From NCBI GenBank assembly GCA_051313645.2, contig JBNRSN020000001.1, positions 54,126,001 through 54,190,000 on the forward strand: a stretch of DNA of 64,000 nt. Direction: 5' to 3'. The notes under the pieces were generated by a model. It did not search any database. It was not told the origin of the DNA and worked only from the letters and a program-made list of their open reading frames with translations. This DNA comes from Centroscyllium fabricii (Eukaryota). Numbering within the stretch: the stretch's first letter is position 1; every line of letters starts with the position of its first letter. The translations under genes were made by a program, and so were the position numbers. Shown piece by piece: positions 25,405-38,280 of this stretch.

Positions 25405-25975
25405 ATAGAAACCTTGCACTCTGTATCGAACCCTGATTAGACCACATTTGGAGCACTGCATACGATTCTGGTCATCCTATTATAGAAAGGATATAGAGAC
25501 ACTGGAGAGGGTGCAAACATTTTTTACAAGGATGATACCAGAAATGTGAGGGTATCTCTATCAGGAAAGGATGAATGGGCTGGGTCTCTTTTCTCTTGAA
25601 AAGAGAAGGCTGAGGGGTGACCTAATAGAGGTCTTAAAAATTCTGAATGATTTGCGAAGAGCAGATAAAGAGAGAGTGTTTCCACTTGTGCGGCATGCAA
25701 AACTAGAGGCCATCAATATAAGATAGTCACCAAGAAATCCAATCGGGAATCCAGAAGAAACGTCTTTACCCAGAAAGTGGTGAGAATGTGGAACTCGCTA
25801 CCACAGGGAGTGGTTAAAGCTAGATCAGCATTTGAGGGAGAAGGGAATAGAGGGTTATGCTGATAGAGTCAGATGAGGAAAGACAGGAGGAGGCTCATGT
25901 ATAGCATAAATGCCGGCATGGACTGGTTGGAGCGAATGGCCTGTTTCTTTGCCATATGTATGTAATCCTACGTAA
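25405..25975 (+). mobile_element. Older CR1 LINE 3' fragment
   Basis: Degenerate LIRPHLEHC...LGLFSLEKRRLRGDLIEV. Confidence 0.85.
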
Positions 25976-26188
25976 TATTTTTGCTTCAATCTCTCTTCTT
26001 TGGATTCAACCAAATGGGTGGTCAGAGAGAGTCCTAACGTATGGCTTCAGTGATCTAGTTCTGAAGAGGTCTCAAAGTCTCTGAAGAATGGATTCAGTCA
26101 AGAGTAATTTTTGTGGACTTAATAGGATTTTTCTGAGGATATTTTCCCATTATGGGATCGCCCTGTGCAGATACGTGAAAGACTGGTT

Positions 26189-27084
26189 TGTTAAAACTCC
26201 AGAGAACGCCTGGCAGTTGGCTGTGACAAAATAACTCATCCAGTGTGCACAGGTTCGCCCGGCATTCCTGGATAAAGGAAGGGGGCCATTGAAATTGATT
26301 AGAAAGACCATTCTAATATGCAAAGCACTTCTCACCTCCATCTCAGAAGAGAAGCAGAACAATGAACCCACGAGCTACACCGAGCCAAAAGGAAGCCAGT
26401 TTTTTCCCAACACAAAGACCGAAAAATATGTCCCAGACTTAGGGCCATTAATCCAATACACATGGGTCTGAGGATGACTCATCACAGACTTAGCACCAGA
26501 ATGCTTAGAATACAAAAGGATTTTAAAAAGATTGGCAGGAAAAGATAGGGGCAGGCAGGCCCCTATAAAGATAAACACTTTTTCCAACTCTCTCTCTCGC
26601 TCCTGCTCCAACAAGACATGTACCAGAGAAACGGACGAGCCGAGCGATCAAAGCCGGGGTAAGCATAGTCTCTCAGAAGTGGAGTTTTTGGGCTATTCCG
26701 AGGGCAGGAGCTTTGGTTGGTTCAGCCAAGCGAAAGGGGTTTATGCGACTGGGTAATTCGTTGATGGGGTGGAATTATAGTCCACCATACCTGTTTTTGA
26801 GGGAATCACTGCTTGTTCTAGGCCCCAGTTTTGTACTGTATGTATGTTGATTGTAATCTGGATTTTATTCTCCACAGGGATCGTGATTTTGTTTAATAGT
26901 GCATGTTTAGCCAGTGTATGTTAGACCCAATAAATACAAGTTTGATTTTTTACCGAAGCATTCCTGTCCATGATTTATTTCATTTACACTCTGAATAATA
27001 ATTCCCGGGTACAGAACTTCCGTAAGGTGGGGGTGATTTGAACCATCCGTCTAGCAATTGGCCTAGGATCAAAAACCATTAACA
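26189..27084 (+). mobile_element. Probable LTR followed by a PBS-like sequence
   Basis: tgttaa...ttaaca termini; tataaa near 26564; aataaa near 26929; tggtgacc just downstream; no TSD found, start uncertain. Confidence 0.45.
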
Positions 27085-27288
27085 CCTCCTGGTGACCAGC
27101 GGCAGGCTCTGGGTTAAAGGATCTGGGTTAAAGGAGTGTAAAAACCGCCTCCAGTTCTGACCCAGTTGTTTTCTCCAGGACAGATTAAAGGACATGCTGA
27201 GGGAAATGTACCTCCATTCACCCTCTTTCTCTTTGTCGAGAAAACCAATATAGTGAGATCCCAATTGATAACATTAAATCAAAACGGT

Positions 27289-27685
27289 GGGCGGCACGGT
27301 GGCATAGTGGTTAGCATTGTTGCCTTACAGCACTAGAGACCCGGGTTCAAATCCAGCCTCGGGTACTATCTATGTGGAGTTTGCACATTCTCCCCATTTC
27401 TGTGTGGGTTTCGTCCGGGTGCTCTGGTTTCCTCCCACAGTCCAAAGATGTGCGGGTTAGGTTGATTGGCCATGATAAATTGACCCTTAGTGTTAGGGGG
27501 ATTGAATATGTGGGGTTACGGGGATAGGGTGGGATATGTGTCGGTGCAGGCTCGATAGGGATCGAGGGATATGGGGACAAGGCAGGGATGGGGGTTTGGA
27601 TGATCAGCCATGATCTCATTGAATGGCGGAGCAGGCTTGAAGGGCCGAATGGCCTACTCCTGCTCCTATCTTCTATGTTTCTATG
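27289..27685 (+). mobile_element. HE1-type V-SINE (long tail)
   Basis: Homologous to 19304-19720. Confidence 0.9.
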
Positions 27686-27899
27686 TAAAACATGGCAATG
27701 CAGGAACCGTTGGCACAAATCCTTTGCACTGAGCAGCCAAAAAAACTGCTGGCAAAAATGCTCGCAAAAAGTCGTAGAAAGCCTCCTGCAAACCTCTAAT
27801 TATACTGCTACACGTCGCCAAAAATGACATCCACAGCCAGCACAATCTCGAACAATCCTAGGCACCTATTTCATATGGACTAATTGAGAAAACACTGTA

Positions 27900-28314
27900 A
27901 ACATAGAAACATAGAAACATAGAAGATAGGAGCAGGAGTAGGCCATTCAGCCCTTCAAGCCTGCTCCGCCAATCAATGAGATCATGGCTGATCATCCAAA
28001 CCCAGCACCCCGTCCCTGCCCTCTCCCCAGATCCCTTGATCCATCTCAAGCCTGCACTGACACATATCCCACCCTATCCCCGTAACCCCACAAATTCAAT
28101 CCCCCTTACACTAAGGGTCAATTTTATCATGGCCAATCAACCTAACCCGCACATCTTTGGACTGTGGGAGGAAACCGGAGCACCCGGAGGAAACCCACGC
28201 AGACACGGCGAGAATGTGCAAACTCCACACAGATAGTCACCCGAGGCTGGATTTGAACCCGGGTCTCCAGAGCTGTGAGGCAACCGTGCTAACCACTATG
28301 CCACCATGGCGCCC
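27900..28314 (-). mobile_element. HE1-type V-SINE (long tail)
   Basis: Inverted copy relative to 27289-27685. Confidence 0.9.
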
Positions 28315-28514
28315 ATCTGATGTAATCTGGGAAATTGCGTAAATAATTAAATGATTTCAGATTAATTTGAACATGTTACAATTAAGCTGCTGCCTGTTTC
28401 AGGCTATAGATATAATTGGGACTATGTTACAGACGGGAGCTCCCTGCTCCTGCCAAATCACTGATCAGAAAGGCACGTGATGTGCATTAAAGAAGAAAGG
28501 ATTTGAGAAACATA

Positions 28515-28850
28515 CAGGAAACCCTCGTTTAAACGGTACCTAAATATCCAGAATTCTCTACTAAACAGCAAACTTCATACTCTGAAAACACCTCAATAAC
28601 CGGAAATGTTGCCGAGTCCGAGTCCGCCGCGGTGGCCGAGTTAGTCAGTGGGGGTAGTTCTCCAATCTGCCACTACTCGGCTTCTTGGCGCTGTCAGACG
28701 TCCAATTACTGCATACTGCACATTTCTTCATTTTTTTGATTTTTGTTTGTTAAAAATAGCCTCGGTAGGTAACCCTCTCCGTTGTCCAGAATTTTTAATC
28801 AACCAGCAACACACCGGTCCCGCCACTGCCAAATACCAAAGAGCTTCCTG
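28515..28850. mobile_element. Tc1/mariner (pogo/Tigger-like) MITE
   Basis: caggaaaccctc...gagcttcctg with TA on both sides; splits the CR1 tail agaaacata|gaaaaatagg. Confidence 0.65.
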
Positions 28851-29345
28851 TAGAAAAATAGGAGCAGGAGTCGGCCATTCGGCCCTTCGAGCCTGCTCCG
28901 CCATTCAATATGATCATGGCTGATCCTCAATCCCAATACCATATTCCTGCTCTCTCCCCATACCCCTTAAATAAGAACATGAGAAGTAGGAGCAGGAGTA
29001 GGCCATACGGCCCCTCGGGCCTGCTCTGCCACTCAATAGGATCATGGCTGATCTGAACCTAGACTCACGTCCACTTCCCTGCCCGCTCCCCGTAACCCCT
29101 TGTTCCCTTATCAGCTAGGAAACTGTCTATCTCCATTTTAAATGTATTTCATGTCGCAGCTTCCACAGCTCTCTGAGGTAGCAAATTCCACAGACCCACC
29201 ACCCTCTGAGTGAAGACGTTATTCCTCATCTAATTTTTGAAAGATTATGCCCCCTAGTTCTAGTCTCACCCATCAGTGGAAACATCCTCACCGCATCCAC
29301 CCAATCAAGCCCCCTCGCAACCTTATATGTTTCGATAAGATCTCC

Positions 29346-32300
29346 TGTAGCGCCAGCAAGGCCTAGGAACCACACGTGAGCCAGAGAGCTAGAGAAAACA
29401 CTAGTTTAATGCATAAGAGTTAAACAGGAAAGAGAGTGAATTACTCGCAACAAGCATATTTAAACTGCCCGCCGTTGGTGACGTCATCGCGTAGGCAGAC
29501 GTGGTGATGTCGTCGTGTCACCCGGATGAGCGGGGCTCTGCTCTGCGGAGTTCCCGTGGCGGATTCGGTGCCCCAGTGGGCGTGCCGCCACACAGCTCCC
29601 CCCCAGAATCCGTCCGGGAGGAATAGTAAAAGAATCTATGTGAGCCGTTGGGGTGGCCGGATGATGCGGCCGGACCGTGTTGCGTGTTGCTTCTGGTTCT
29701 GCGGTGGAGTGTGGGCGGGTGTTGTTGCGGGAGGGCGACCGCTATAACGTGTGCCGGCTTGAGCCGGTCTATTGTAACAGTTTCAGTCCTGTTGCCCATT
29801 TGCAGTTGGAAAGCTTTAGCTCCCGCCCGAAGCACTCTGTAGGGGCCATCGTATGGTGGCTGTAGTGGAGATCGGTGTCCGTCGCGCCGGACGAACATGA
29901 ATTTTGCGTTTTTGATGCCGTCCGGCATCCGTGCTGCCGGCTCTCCGTGCCGGGCCACTGGTAGTGGCTGGAAAGCTCGTGCCGGGTTGGCGAAGTCTTT
30001 TAAATACTGGTCGGCTGACCAGGGAGCGTTTGGCTCGGCTAGGAACTCGCCCGGCACTGTTAGGGCTTGTCCGTAGACGAGTTCTGCTGCCGAGGCATTT
30101 AGGTCCTCTTTAACTGCCGAGCGCAGCCTGAGGAGAACCCATGGGAGGCGGTCGGTCCACGACGCGTCCTTGAGGGTGGCTCGCAGTGATGCCTTCATTG
30201 AGTGGTGGAACCGTTCGCATAGCCCATTCGCTTGTGGGTGGTATGCGGTGGTTCGATGTAGTGTTACCCCGAGGTCGCGGGCGATGGCCGCCCATAGTGC
30301 TGACGTGAACTGGGGTCCGCTGTCGGAGGTGATGTCGGTGGGCACGCCGAAGCGGGCGACCCAGGTGGCGATGAACGCCCTGGCCAAGTCCGTGGTGCCG
30401 GTGGCAGTGAGGGGGACTGCTTCTGGCCAGCGAGTGTTGCGGTCGACCATGGTCATAACATGCGTGTGGCCCCGGGGTGGCGGTAGTGGCCCGACGAGAT
30501 CGATGTGGACGTGGTCAAAGCGTCTGGCCGGCACTTTAAAAGTTTCCAGCGGTGCCCTGATGTGCTTATGCACTTTGGAGCGCTGGCAGGCAATGCAGGA
30601 GTTGGCCCAGGCGCGGACGTCTTTGCGCAGGCCGCGCCATACGAACCGGGCCGAGAAAAGTTTGATGGACGCGCGGGTGCCGGGGTGGGACAGGTCGTGG
30701 AGGGTCTTAAATATGTGTCGCCTCCAAGCGTGGGGGACGACGGGCCTGGGCTGCGGCAGGGATACGTCGCAGCAGACGACGGTGGCCGTGGGGCTGTGCA
30801 CGATATTGGCCAAGTGGAGGCCAGGGAGATTTGCTGCTGAGTTGAGCAGGTCAGGGTCGGCCAGCTGGTCTGCGGCCAGCTGGGCATAATCGACCGCCAT
30901 TTGGGCGGCGTTAATGGTGGGGCGTGAGAGGCAGTCGGCGACCACGTTGTCGCGGCCGGAGATATGCTGGATGTTGGTCGTAAATTCCGACACGGCCGCG
31001 AGTTGGCGCTGCTGCCTGGCCGACCAGGGTTCGGTGACCTTAGCCATCGCAAACGTGAGTGGCTTATGGTCGATGAAGGCTGTGAAGTGGCGGCCCTCCA
31101 GGAGGAAGCGAAAATGACGCACTGCCAGATGGAGAGCGAGGAGCTCCCTATCGAAGGCGCTGTACTGAACCTCTGGGGGCCGGAGTTGCCGGCTGAAAAA
31201 GGCCAGGGGCTGCCACGAGTTGCCGGTACACTGCTCAAATACGGCCCCGACCGCGTGGTCGGAGGCGTCGGTGGTGAGGGCTACTCTGGCATTGGGCCTA
31301 GGGTGGGCTAGGAGGGTGGCGTTAGCCAGGGCAGTTTTATTAGCGGTGAAGGAGGTGGCGGCGTCGGCCGTCCACTCAACCGCAGCCTTGTTGGACTGCC
31401 CGCGGGTGGCCTGGTATAAGGGGGCCATGAGAGCGGCTGCTCCAGGGATAAAGGGGTTATAAAAATTGACCATCCCCAGAAATTCCTGCAGCCCTTTAAT
31501 GGAGTGCGGGCGGGGTAATTCTTCTACCGCCTGCACCTTGGAGGGCAGGGGTATGGCCCCGGTTTGGGAAATGCGGTGGCCGAGGAAGTCAATGGTTTTG
31601 AGGCCGAATTTGTACTTGTTAGGGCTTAATATGAGGCCGTGTTCAGCCAGGCGCTGGAACAGGGTCCTGAGGTGCAGGAGGTGTTCCTGGGGGGAGGTGC
31701 TGGCCATGAGGATGTCGTCTAAATAGACGAAAATGAACTTCAAGTCCCGTAGGACTGAGTCCATGAGGCGCTGCAAGGCCTGGGCCGCGTTTTTAAGGCC
31801 GAAGGGCATCCTGAGGAACTCGAAGAGCCCGAAGGGAGTGATGATGGCCGTTTTGGGAATGTCCACCGGGTGCACCGGATCCTGGTGTTAGCCACACACC
31901 AGGTCAATCTTGGAGAAGATCGTACAGCCCGCTAGTCTGGCGGAAAAGTCCTGGATGTGGGGTACGGGGTACCTATCCGGGGTGGTGGCATTGTTAAGGT
32001 GGCGGTAGTCGCCGCAGGGGCGCCAACCCCCATCTGGCTTGGGGGCTATGTGGAGAGGAGAGGCCCAGGGGCTGTTGGAGCGGCGGATAATGCCGAGTTG
32101 CTCCATGGTGCGGAACTCGGTGCGCGCGATCTCCTGTTTAGCCGGGTCGAGCCTACGGGCGTGGGCATGGACGGGAGGGCCTGTGGTAGTAATAAAGTGT
32201 TCTACCCCGTGTTTGGCCTGGCGGGCGGTGAACGTGGGGTTGGTTAGGGCGGGGAACTCTGCAAGGAGTGTGCCGTAGGCATCGGAGTTCCGAGAGCGGC

Positions 32301-33763
32301 ATTGGGCGGCCGCGTGGACCTGGAGTGCGGGCCCTGTGAAGCATGGGATGGTCGACATGTTATTCATGTTGACCAAGCGGCGCCGGGTCATGTCGACCAG
32401 CAGGCCGTAGGCGCAGAGGAAATCTGCCCCGAGGAGGGGTGAGGTGACCTGGGCTGTGACGAAGTCCCAGGTGTACGTGTGGCTTGCGACCGTAATCGTG
32501 AGCTTGCGGGTGCCGTACGTTTTGATATTGGAGCCGTTGGCCGCTGCGAGTGGCGGGCCCTGGGTGCCTTGTTTGGTTTCTGCAGGGGAGGCTGGCACGA
32601 TGCTGTGCTGTGCGCCTGTGTCGCAGAGAAATTGGAGGCCTGTGCCGTTGTCTGTAACAAAGAGCAGTGCTCCTGTGTGTCCTACAGACATAGTGGGGGC
32701 TGAGGTGGGCCGTGGCTTGAATGCGCATGGCTGGACGCAGCGGGGCACTTTGTTATCGAACCGCGTGTGGTAGTAGCACCAGCCGGTGCTAGAGGGACGC
32801 GGTTGCCTGGGTGGGCGCGGGGCCCTAGGTTCAGGCATGAAGTTAGGCCTGGGGGGCGATTGGTTACGCTCTACCGATGTGGAGTTATGGTCGCACGTGT
32901 TTGAGCGGGTCCGCTGTGCCTCCATGAGCCTGTCGGCTTCCTCAGCGAGCTCGTCGTCGCTCCGTTGGCCAAGGGCCGCCAAGGCCGGTCTGATGGAGTG
33001 GGGCAGTTTAAGGAGGAAGACGGTGCGCAACAGGGAGGCAGGATTGGCTGTAAGCGCTTGCATCTGACCTAAGAGGTCCGATGGGTCTGCGTCCCCGAGT
33101 TCGGGGAGGTCGAGGAGCTGGCAGTCACGCTCAAATTGAGAGGGGGTAAAAAAAATTATAAGCGCGGCCTTAAGGGATTCGTACCTGCCTGCGATGGGCA
33201 CACGCTGTATTTTTGACCACATCCGATCGATCGTCGATTGCGGTAGGGCTGAGAACACCAGGTCGTAGCGGTCGTCCCCCTGGATGCCATGTGTGTGGCA
33301 GCTGGTCTCGATGCACTTAAACCAGGCCGCTGGCCGTTGCTCCCAGAACTCCGGTAGAGTAAGTCTGTGTCCGAAGTTCTGGACAAGTCCTTGGGTTCGT
33401 GGAGCTTGGTTCCTTGATCTTGCCATGTTTTCTGTTTTAAAATGTTCTTTGGCTGGTGATCCTTGATCCTGCGGCAGCTTTTTTCTTTGGAAGTCGTTCC
33501 AATTCGGGGTCACCACTGTAGCGCCAGCAAGGCCTAGGAACCACCCGTGAGCCAGAGAGCTAGAGAAAACACTAGTTTAATGCATAAGAGTTAAACAGGA
33601 AAGAGAGTGAACCACTCGCAACAAGCATATTTAAACTGCCCGCCGTTGGTGACGTCATCGCGTAGGCAGACGTGGTGACGTCGTCGCGTCACCCGGATGA
33701 GCGGGGCTCTGCTCCGCGGAGTTCCCGTGGCGGATTCGGTGCCCCAGTGGGCGTGCCGCCACA
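29346..33763 (-). mobile_element. Full-length CsRn1-like Ty3/Gypsy retrotransposon
   Basis: 247-bp LTRs at 29346-29592 and 33517-33763 (about 6 differences); 4-bp TSD ctcc; PBS tggtgaccccga (tRNA-Trp); PPT gggggggagctg. Confidence 0.95.
29518..33426 (-). pseudogene. gag-pol: Gag-Pol polyprotein (Gag, PR, RT, RNaseH, IN) with one in-frame stop at 31888-31890
   Basis: [18 protein letters not shown] (CHCC), LCDTGA, YLDD, TDASD, HHCC plus D-D-E integrase, GPY; the two ORFs share a frame. Confidence 0.92.
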
Positions 33764-34473
33764 CTCCTCTCATTCTTCTGAATTCCAATGAGTAGAAATC
33801 TATCTATCTTCTTCTTAAATATATTTAGTGACTTGGTCTCCACAGCCTTCTGTAGTAGAGAATTCCACAGGTTCATCACCCTCTGAGTGAAGAAATTTCT
33901 CCTCATCTCAGTCCTAAATGTCCTACCCCATATCCTGAGACTTTGACCCCTCGTTCTGGACCCTCCAGCCAGGGGGAACATCCTCCCTGCATCCAGTCTG
34001 TCTAGCCCTGTCAGAATTTTATACGTTTCAATGAGATCCTCTCTCATTCTTCTAAACTCTAGTGAACACAGGCCTAGTCGACCCAATCTCTCCTCATACG
34101 ACAGTCCTGCCATCCCAGGAATCAGCCTGGTGAACCTTCACTGCACTCCCTCTATGGCAAGTATATCCTTTCTTAGGTAAGAAGACCAAAGCCGCACACA
34201 GTACTCCAGACGCAGTCTCACCAAGGCCCTGTACATCTGCACAAAAACATCCTTGCTCCTGTACTCAATTCCTCTTGCAATGAAGGCCAACATACCATTT
34301 GCCTTCCTAACTGCTTTCTGCACCTGCATGTTTGCTTTCAGCGACTGGTGTACGACACCCAGGTCACTTTGTACATCAGCATTTCCCAATCTAACACCAT
34401 TTAAATAATACTTTACCTTTCAGTTTTACCTACCGAAGTGGATAACTTCACATTTATCCATTTGACACTGCAT

Positions 34474-35170
34474 GATGGTGGCGCGCATAGACGCAGCGGC
34501 TTTGCGTCTCCCAAGGAAATGATGTCCGCTGGTCCCCGTACTGGTTCTGAGCGTGGCCAGGCGCCGGTAACATCGAGGCCGTCGTGGCTGGAGCCTGCGT
34601 GGCCCGAGCATCGGGGCTGGAGCCTGCGTGCCCGAGCATCGGGGCTGGAGCCTGCGTGGCCCGAGCATCGGGGCTGGAGCCTGCGTGGCCCGAGCATCGG
34701 GGCTGGAGCCTGCGTGGCCCGAGCATCGGGGCTGGAGCCTGCGTGGCCCGAGCACCGGGGCTGGAGTGTCGGGGCTGTCGTGGCCGGGCGCTAGGAGCTT
34801 CGGGGCCTGCGTGGCCGGAGCGTCGGGGCTGGAGCGTCGGGTCCGTCGTGGCCGGAGCATCAGGGCCAGGAGCATTGGAGCCTGCGTGGCCTGTGCACCG
34901 GGGCTGGAGCGTCGGGGCCGTCGGGGCCATCGTGGCCGGAGCATCAGAGCCAGGAGCATCGGAGCCTGCGTGGCCTGTGCATCAGGGCTGGAGCGTCGGG
35001 GCCGTCGGGGCCTGAGCATCGGGACCGTCAGGGGGGCATTATGGACCAGACTGGGACTTACAGGAGAGGACATTTTAACATCTATTGTTTCTTTGGGAGA
35101 TTGCATGTTTGCATTTCATTGTATTGTGTTCGCTTTACAATGACAATAAATTGAATTGAATTGAATTGAA
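34474..35170 (+). mobile_element. Non-coding LINE-derived retroelement with 29-bp GC-rich minisatellite and (ttgaa)n tail
   Basis: Interrupts CR1; unit ggggctggagcctgcgtggcccgagcatc at about 34585-35010; ends tgacaataaa(ttgaa)4. Confidence 0.75.
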
Positions 35171-35288
35171 TCTGCCATGTATTTGCCCACTCACTCAACT
35201 TGTTTAAATCGCCTTGAAACCTCTTTGTATCCTCATCACAACTCAAAATCCCTCCTAATTTTGTGTCCTCAGCAATCTTTGAAATATT

Positions 35289-35692
35289 ACATAGAAACAT
35301 AGAAGATAGGAGCAGGAGTAGGCCATTCGGCCCTTCGAGCCTGCTCCTCCATTCAATGAGATCATGGCTGATCATCCAAACCCAGCACCTTGTCCCTGCC
35401 TTGTCCCCATATCCCTCGATCCCTATCGAGCCTGCACCGACACATATCCCACCCTATCCCTGTAACCTCACATATTCAATCCCCCTAACACTAAGGGTCA
35501 ATTTATCCTGGCCAATCAACCTAACCCGCACATCTTTGGACTGTGGGAGGAAACCGGAGCACCCGGAGGAAACCCACGCAGACACGGGGAGAATGTGCAA
35601 ACTCCACACAGAGAGTACCCGAGGCTGGATTTTAACCCGGGTCTCCAGTGCTGTAAGGCAACAGTGCTAACCACTGTGCCACTGTGCCGCCC
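35289..35692 (-). mobile_element. HE1-type V-SINE (long tail)
   Basis: Homologous to the other copies. Confidence 0.9.
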
Positions 35693-36067
35693 ATTTGGTT
35701 CCCTCATCCAAATCTTTGATATATATTGTGAATAGCTGGAGCCCAAGCACTGATCCCTGCGGTGCCCCACTATTCACCGCCTGCCACCCCGAAAAAGACC
35801 CATTTATTCCTACTCACTGTTTCCTGTCTGTTAACCAATTTTCAATCCATGCCTATACTGCCTTTCATAGTCTCAGGACGTCTCAATGTGCTTTATAGCC
35901 AATGAGGTACTTTTTGAAGTACAGTCACTGTTGCAATGTAGGAAATGCGGGAGCCGGATTGCGCACAGCAAGCTCCCACAAACATTGTGGTTCAGTGGGT
36001 GGCACTTTCATTCTTCTGATTCAAAAGGTTGTGGGTTCAAGTCCCACTCCAGAGATTTAGAGTCATA

Positions 36068-37132
36068 GGGCGCGAAATTGGTGCCTTAGCGCCATCCGTT
36101 TAGCGGTGTAAAATGGGCGCAGGACGGTTTTGCGCTGAGCGCCAAAAATTTAGCGTCAGGCGCTAAATTCGTCACCCGCCCAGCGCCGGCGTTAAATGTT
36201 AGCACGCGTTAACTTGCGATCGGCAATCCTCGTTCAAATCGGGGTGCAACATCCACCCGCTGGGCTGCGCCCAAAATTCGCCTTTGCGCCAGTCCCCCTT
36301 GCGCAGCGCTCCCAGCGCCAGCTTTGGCAAGCGCTGCTGAGGGTCTGAGTGGCTGCTGCAGCGCTGCTAATAGGGTGACCCTCCCTTTCCTCAGTAGCCT
36401 CTTCGGCCCAAAATCAGCCAGATGCTGCAGGAGGGGAGTCAGCCCGAGATCGGCCAGTTGCTGCGGGAGGGGAGTCAGCCCGAGATCAGCCAGTTGCTGC
36501 GGGAGGGGAGTCAGCCCGAGATCGGCCAGTTGCTGCGGGAGGGGGGTCAGCCCGAGATCGGCCAGTTGCTGCGGGAGGGGAGTCAGCCCGAGATCGGCCA
36601 GTTGCTGCGGGAGGGGGGTCAGCCTGAGATCGGCCAGTTGCTGCGGGAGTGGGGTCAGCCCGAGATCAGCCAGATGCTGCGGGAGGGGTGTTAGCCCTAG
36701 ATCGGCCAGTTGCTGAGGGGGGTCGGGCGGCCCGAGGTCGGGCAGATGCTGACGGGGGTCGGGCGAGATCGGGGAGATGATGAGGGCGGTCGGACGAGTT
36801 CAGGGAGATGATGAGGGGCGTTGGCAGAGATCGGGGAGATGATGAGGGAGGGGTGCCGACACATCATGCACTGCTTCCCCTCCCCCTTTAAGACCTGTCC
36901 AGCTCCAGAGTTCATGGGAAAGCAAGGAGTTGCTGAAGGAGCGCTGCGCCCACGATCGGCAATTAGCGCCACGAAATTGGGCATTTGCACAAATCTAAAT
37001 TTACCGCTAAAACCTGCAAGGCTGGCGCAAAACCCAATTTCGGGCGCTCCGACGCTAATTAGCGCCGGGCGCTAATTTTAGTGCTGTGCCCATTTTAGCG
37101 ACCCAAATCGCGCGCTCACGAATTTTTCGCCC
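36068..37132. mobile_element. Harbinger-type MITE with 36-bp minisatellite (about 36410-36720)
   Basis: TIRs gggcgcgaaatt / aatttttcgccc; 3-bp TSD ata. Confidence 0.8.
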
Positions 37133-37204
37133 ATAGAATCATAGAGTAATACAGCACGGAAAGAGGCCTTTCAGCCCATCGTGTCCGCACCAGCCATCAA
37201 ACCC

Positions 37205-37452
37205 TTTGCAGCCGCCGCTGCCATCGTGGGGGTCTCGGCCTGTCGCGGTGTCACCCAGGGGTCAGGGGTATCGTGTGGGCCGTGGTCTCCGTATGCCTCC
37301 AGCTTTCGGAGCGCTCCGTCCACCGCATTAGAAAGAGTCATTGCGGACTCGAGCGACAGTGTGTCCTGCTCCAGCAGCCGCTGGCGGGCCTGGCTGGACC
37401 TGAGTCCAGCCACATATGCATCCCGGATATGGACAATACAGGATTCCATAAC
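37205..37452 (-). pseudogene. gag: Gypsy gag fragment
   Basis: IRDAYVAGLRSSQARQRLLEQDTLSLESAM matches the Gypsy Gag RD.F..GL....RLL motif. Confidence 0.7.
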
Positions 37453-37756
37453 CAATAGCCAAGGATTCCCAGCAGTCATTTCAAGGAACATTGACCAATA
37501 GATAGCTTTCCTCTGAAGGGCACTGCAAGAGTACTCTGAAGAAAGCTCTATAATTCCACAAATGACACTCAAAGCTTATTTGATTAATATTCTAGCATTC
37601 CCTGATCGACAGTCAGAGTTTTGGTTGAAAAATATGGGAGATTTGGTCCTTGATATACAGGACTTCATCCACAATCTCATGCGGTAAGAGAAACTCAAAC
37701 AAGATCATATTTTAATCGGAAGATAACAAAACTTGCAAGACTTCCTCTTGGAGTCA

Positions 37757-38280
37757 GGTCTGAGCCTGCGCCAGCAGATCATGATGTCAGTCGAGTGCGC
37801 AACGCCCTGGTAGCGGCCCGTACCAGATATTGAGTGGTGCCCCCTGCCTTACTGCCTGCCGCTAGCAACGACAGGTCGAGGGGAGCGTTTTGCAGTCAGG
37901 AAGGGACTGGGGGAGCACTGTTTAAAGGCGACCGCTTCCTGACGTTTTTTGTTGGTGACATTTTTGCACCACGCATTCTGAGAGAGAGAGACTTCTGGAG
38001 AGGTTCAACGCTGTGTGAAGGAGATTTGGGTACTGAGCAGCACTTTCCAGGTTCATTTTGATTTGCCCTTCCTTACTTCACCAGCGCTCTGAGGTAGCCC
38101 CTCGCTCCTCGGCCTTTGTGCCTTAAGACAGGTGTGAAGCGCCTGATTTAGCGCTCAAATCACCTCCAGGGGCGATAGAAGCCAAGTTTGCCATTTGAGG
38201 CGATAATTATCACCAGGTGCTAAACTTTGCGCATGGCTGATAATGGCGCCCCAAATGAGGCGAGACTGAATTTTCCCCCC
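37757..38280. mobile_element. Harbinger-type MITE fragment
   Basis: CpG-rich; ends gaattttcccccc. Confidence 0.4.

Larger units (their letters stand above)
28851..35852 (-). mobile_element. Nested CR1 fragments (outer copy in pieces; inner copy 28970-29345 plus 33764-33793)
   Basis: ORFs 33655-34113 and 34138-34389 are CR1 RT; pieces are collinear across the inserts. Confidence 0.85.

Noticed and set aside
29526-33466. Many plus-strand ORFs over the Gypsy element
   Set aside because: Antisense shadows of a GC-rich coding sequence with no recognisable motifs
34413-35143. Long ORFs in many frames; array superficially CRISPR-like
   Set aside because: Products of a stop-free 29-bp minisatellite; no unique spacers or cas genes
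36324-36716. Cys-rich repeat ORF resembling a keratin-associated protein
   Set aside because: Translation of a 36-bp minisatellite inside a MITE with TIRs and TSD
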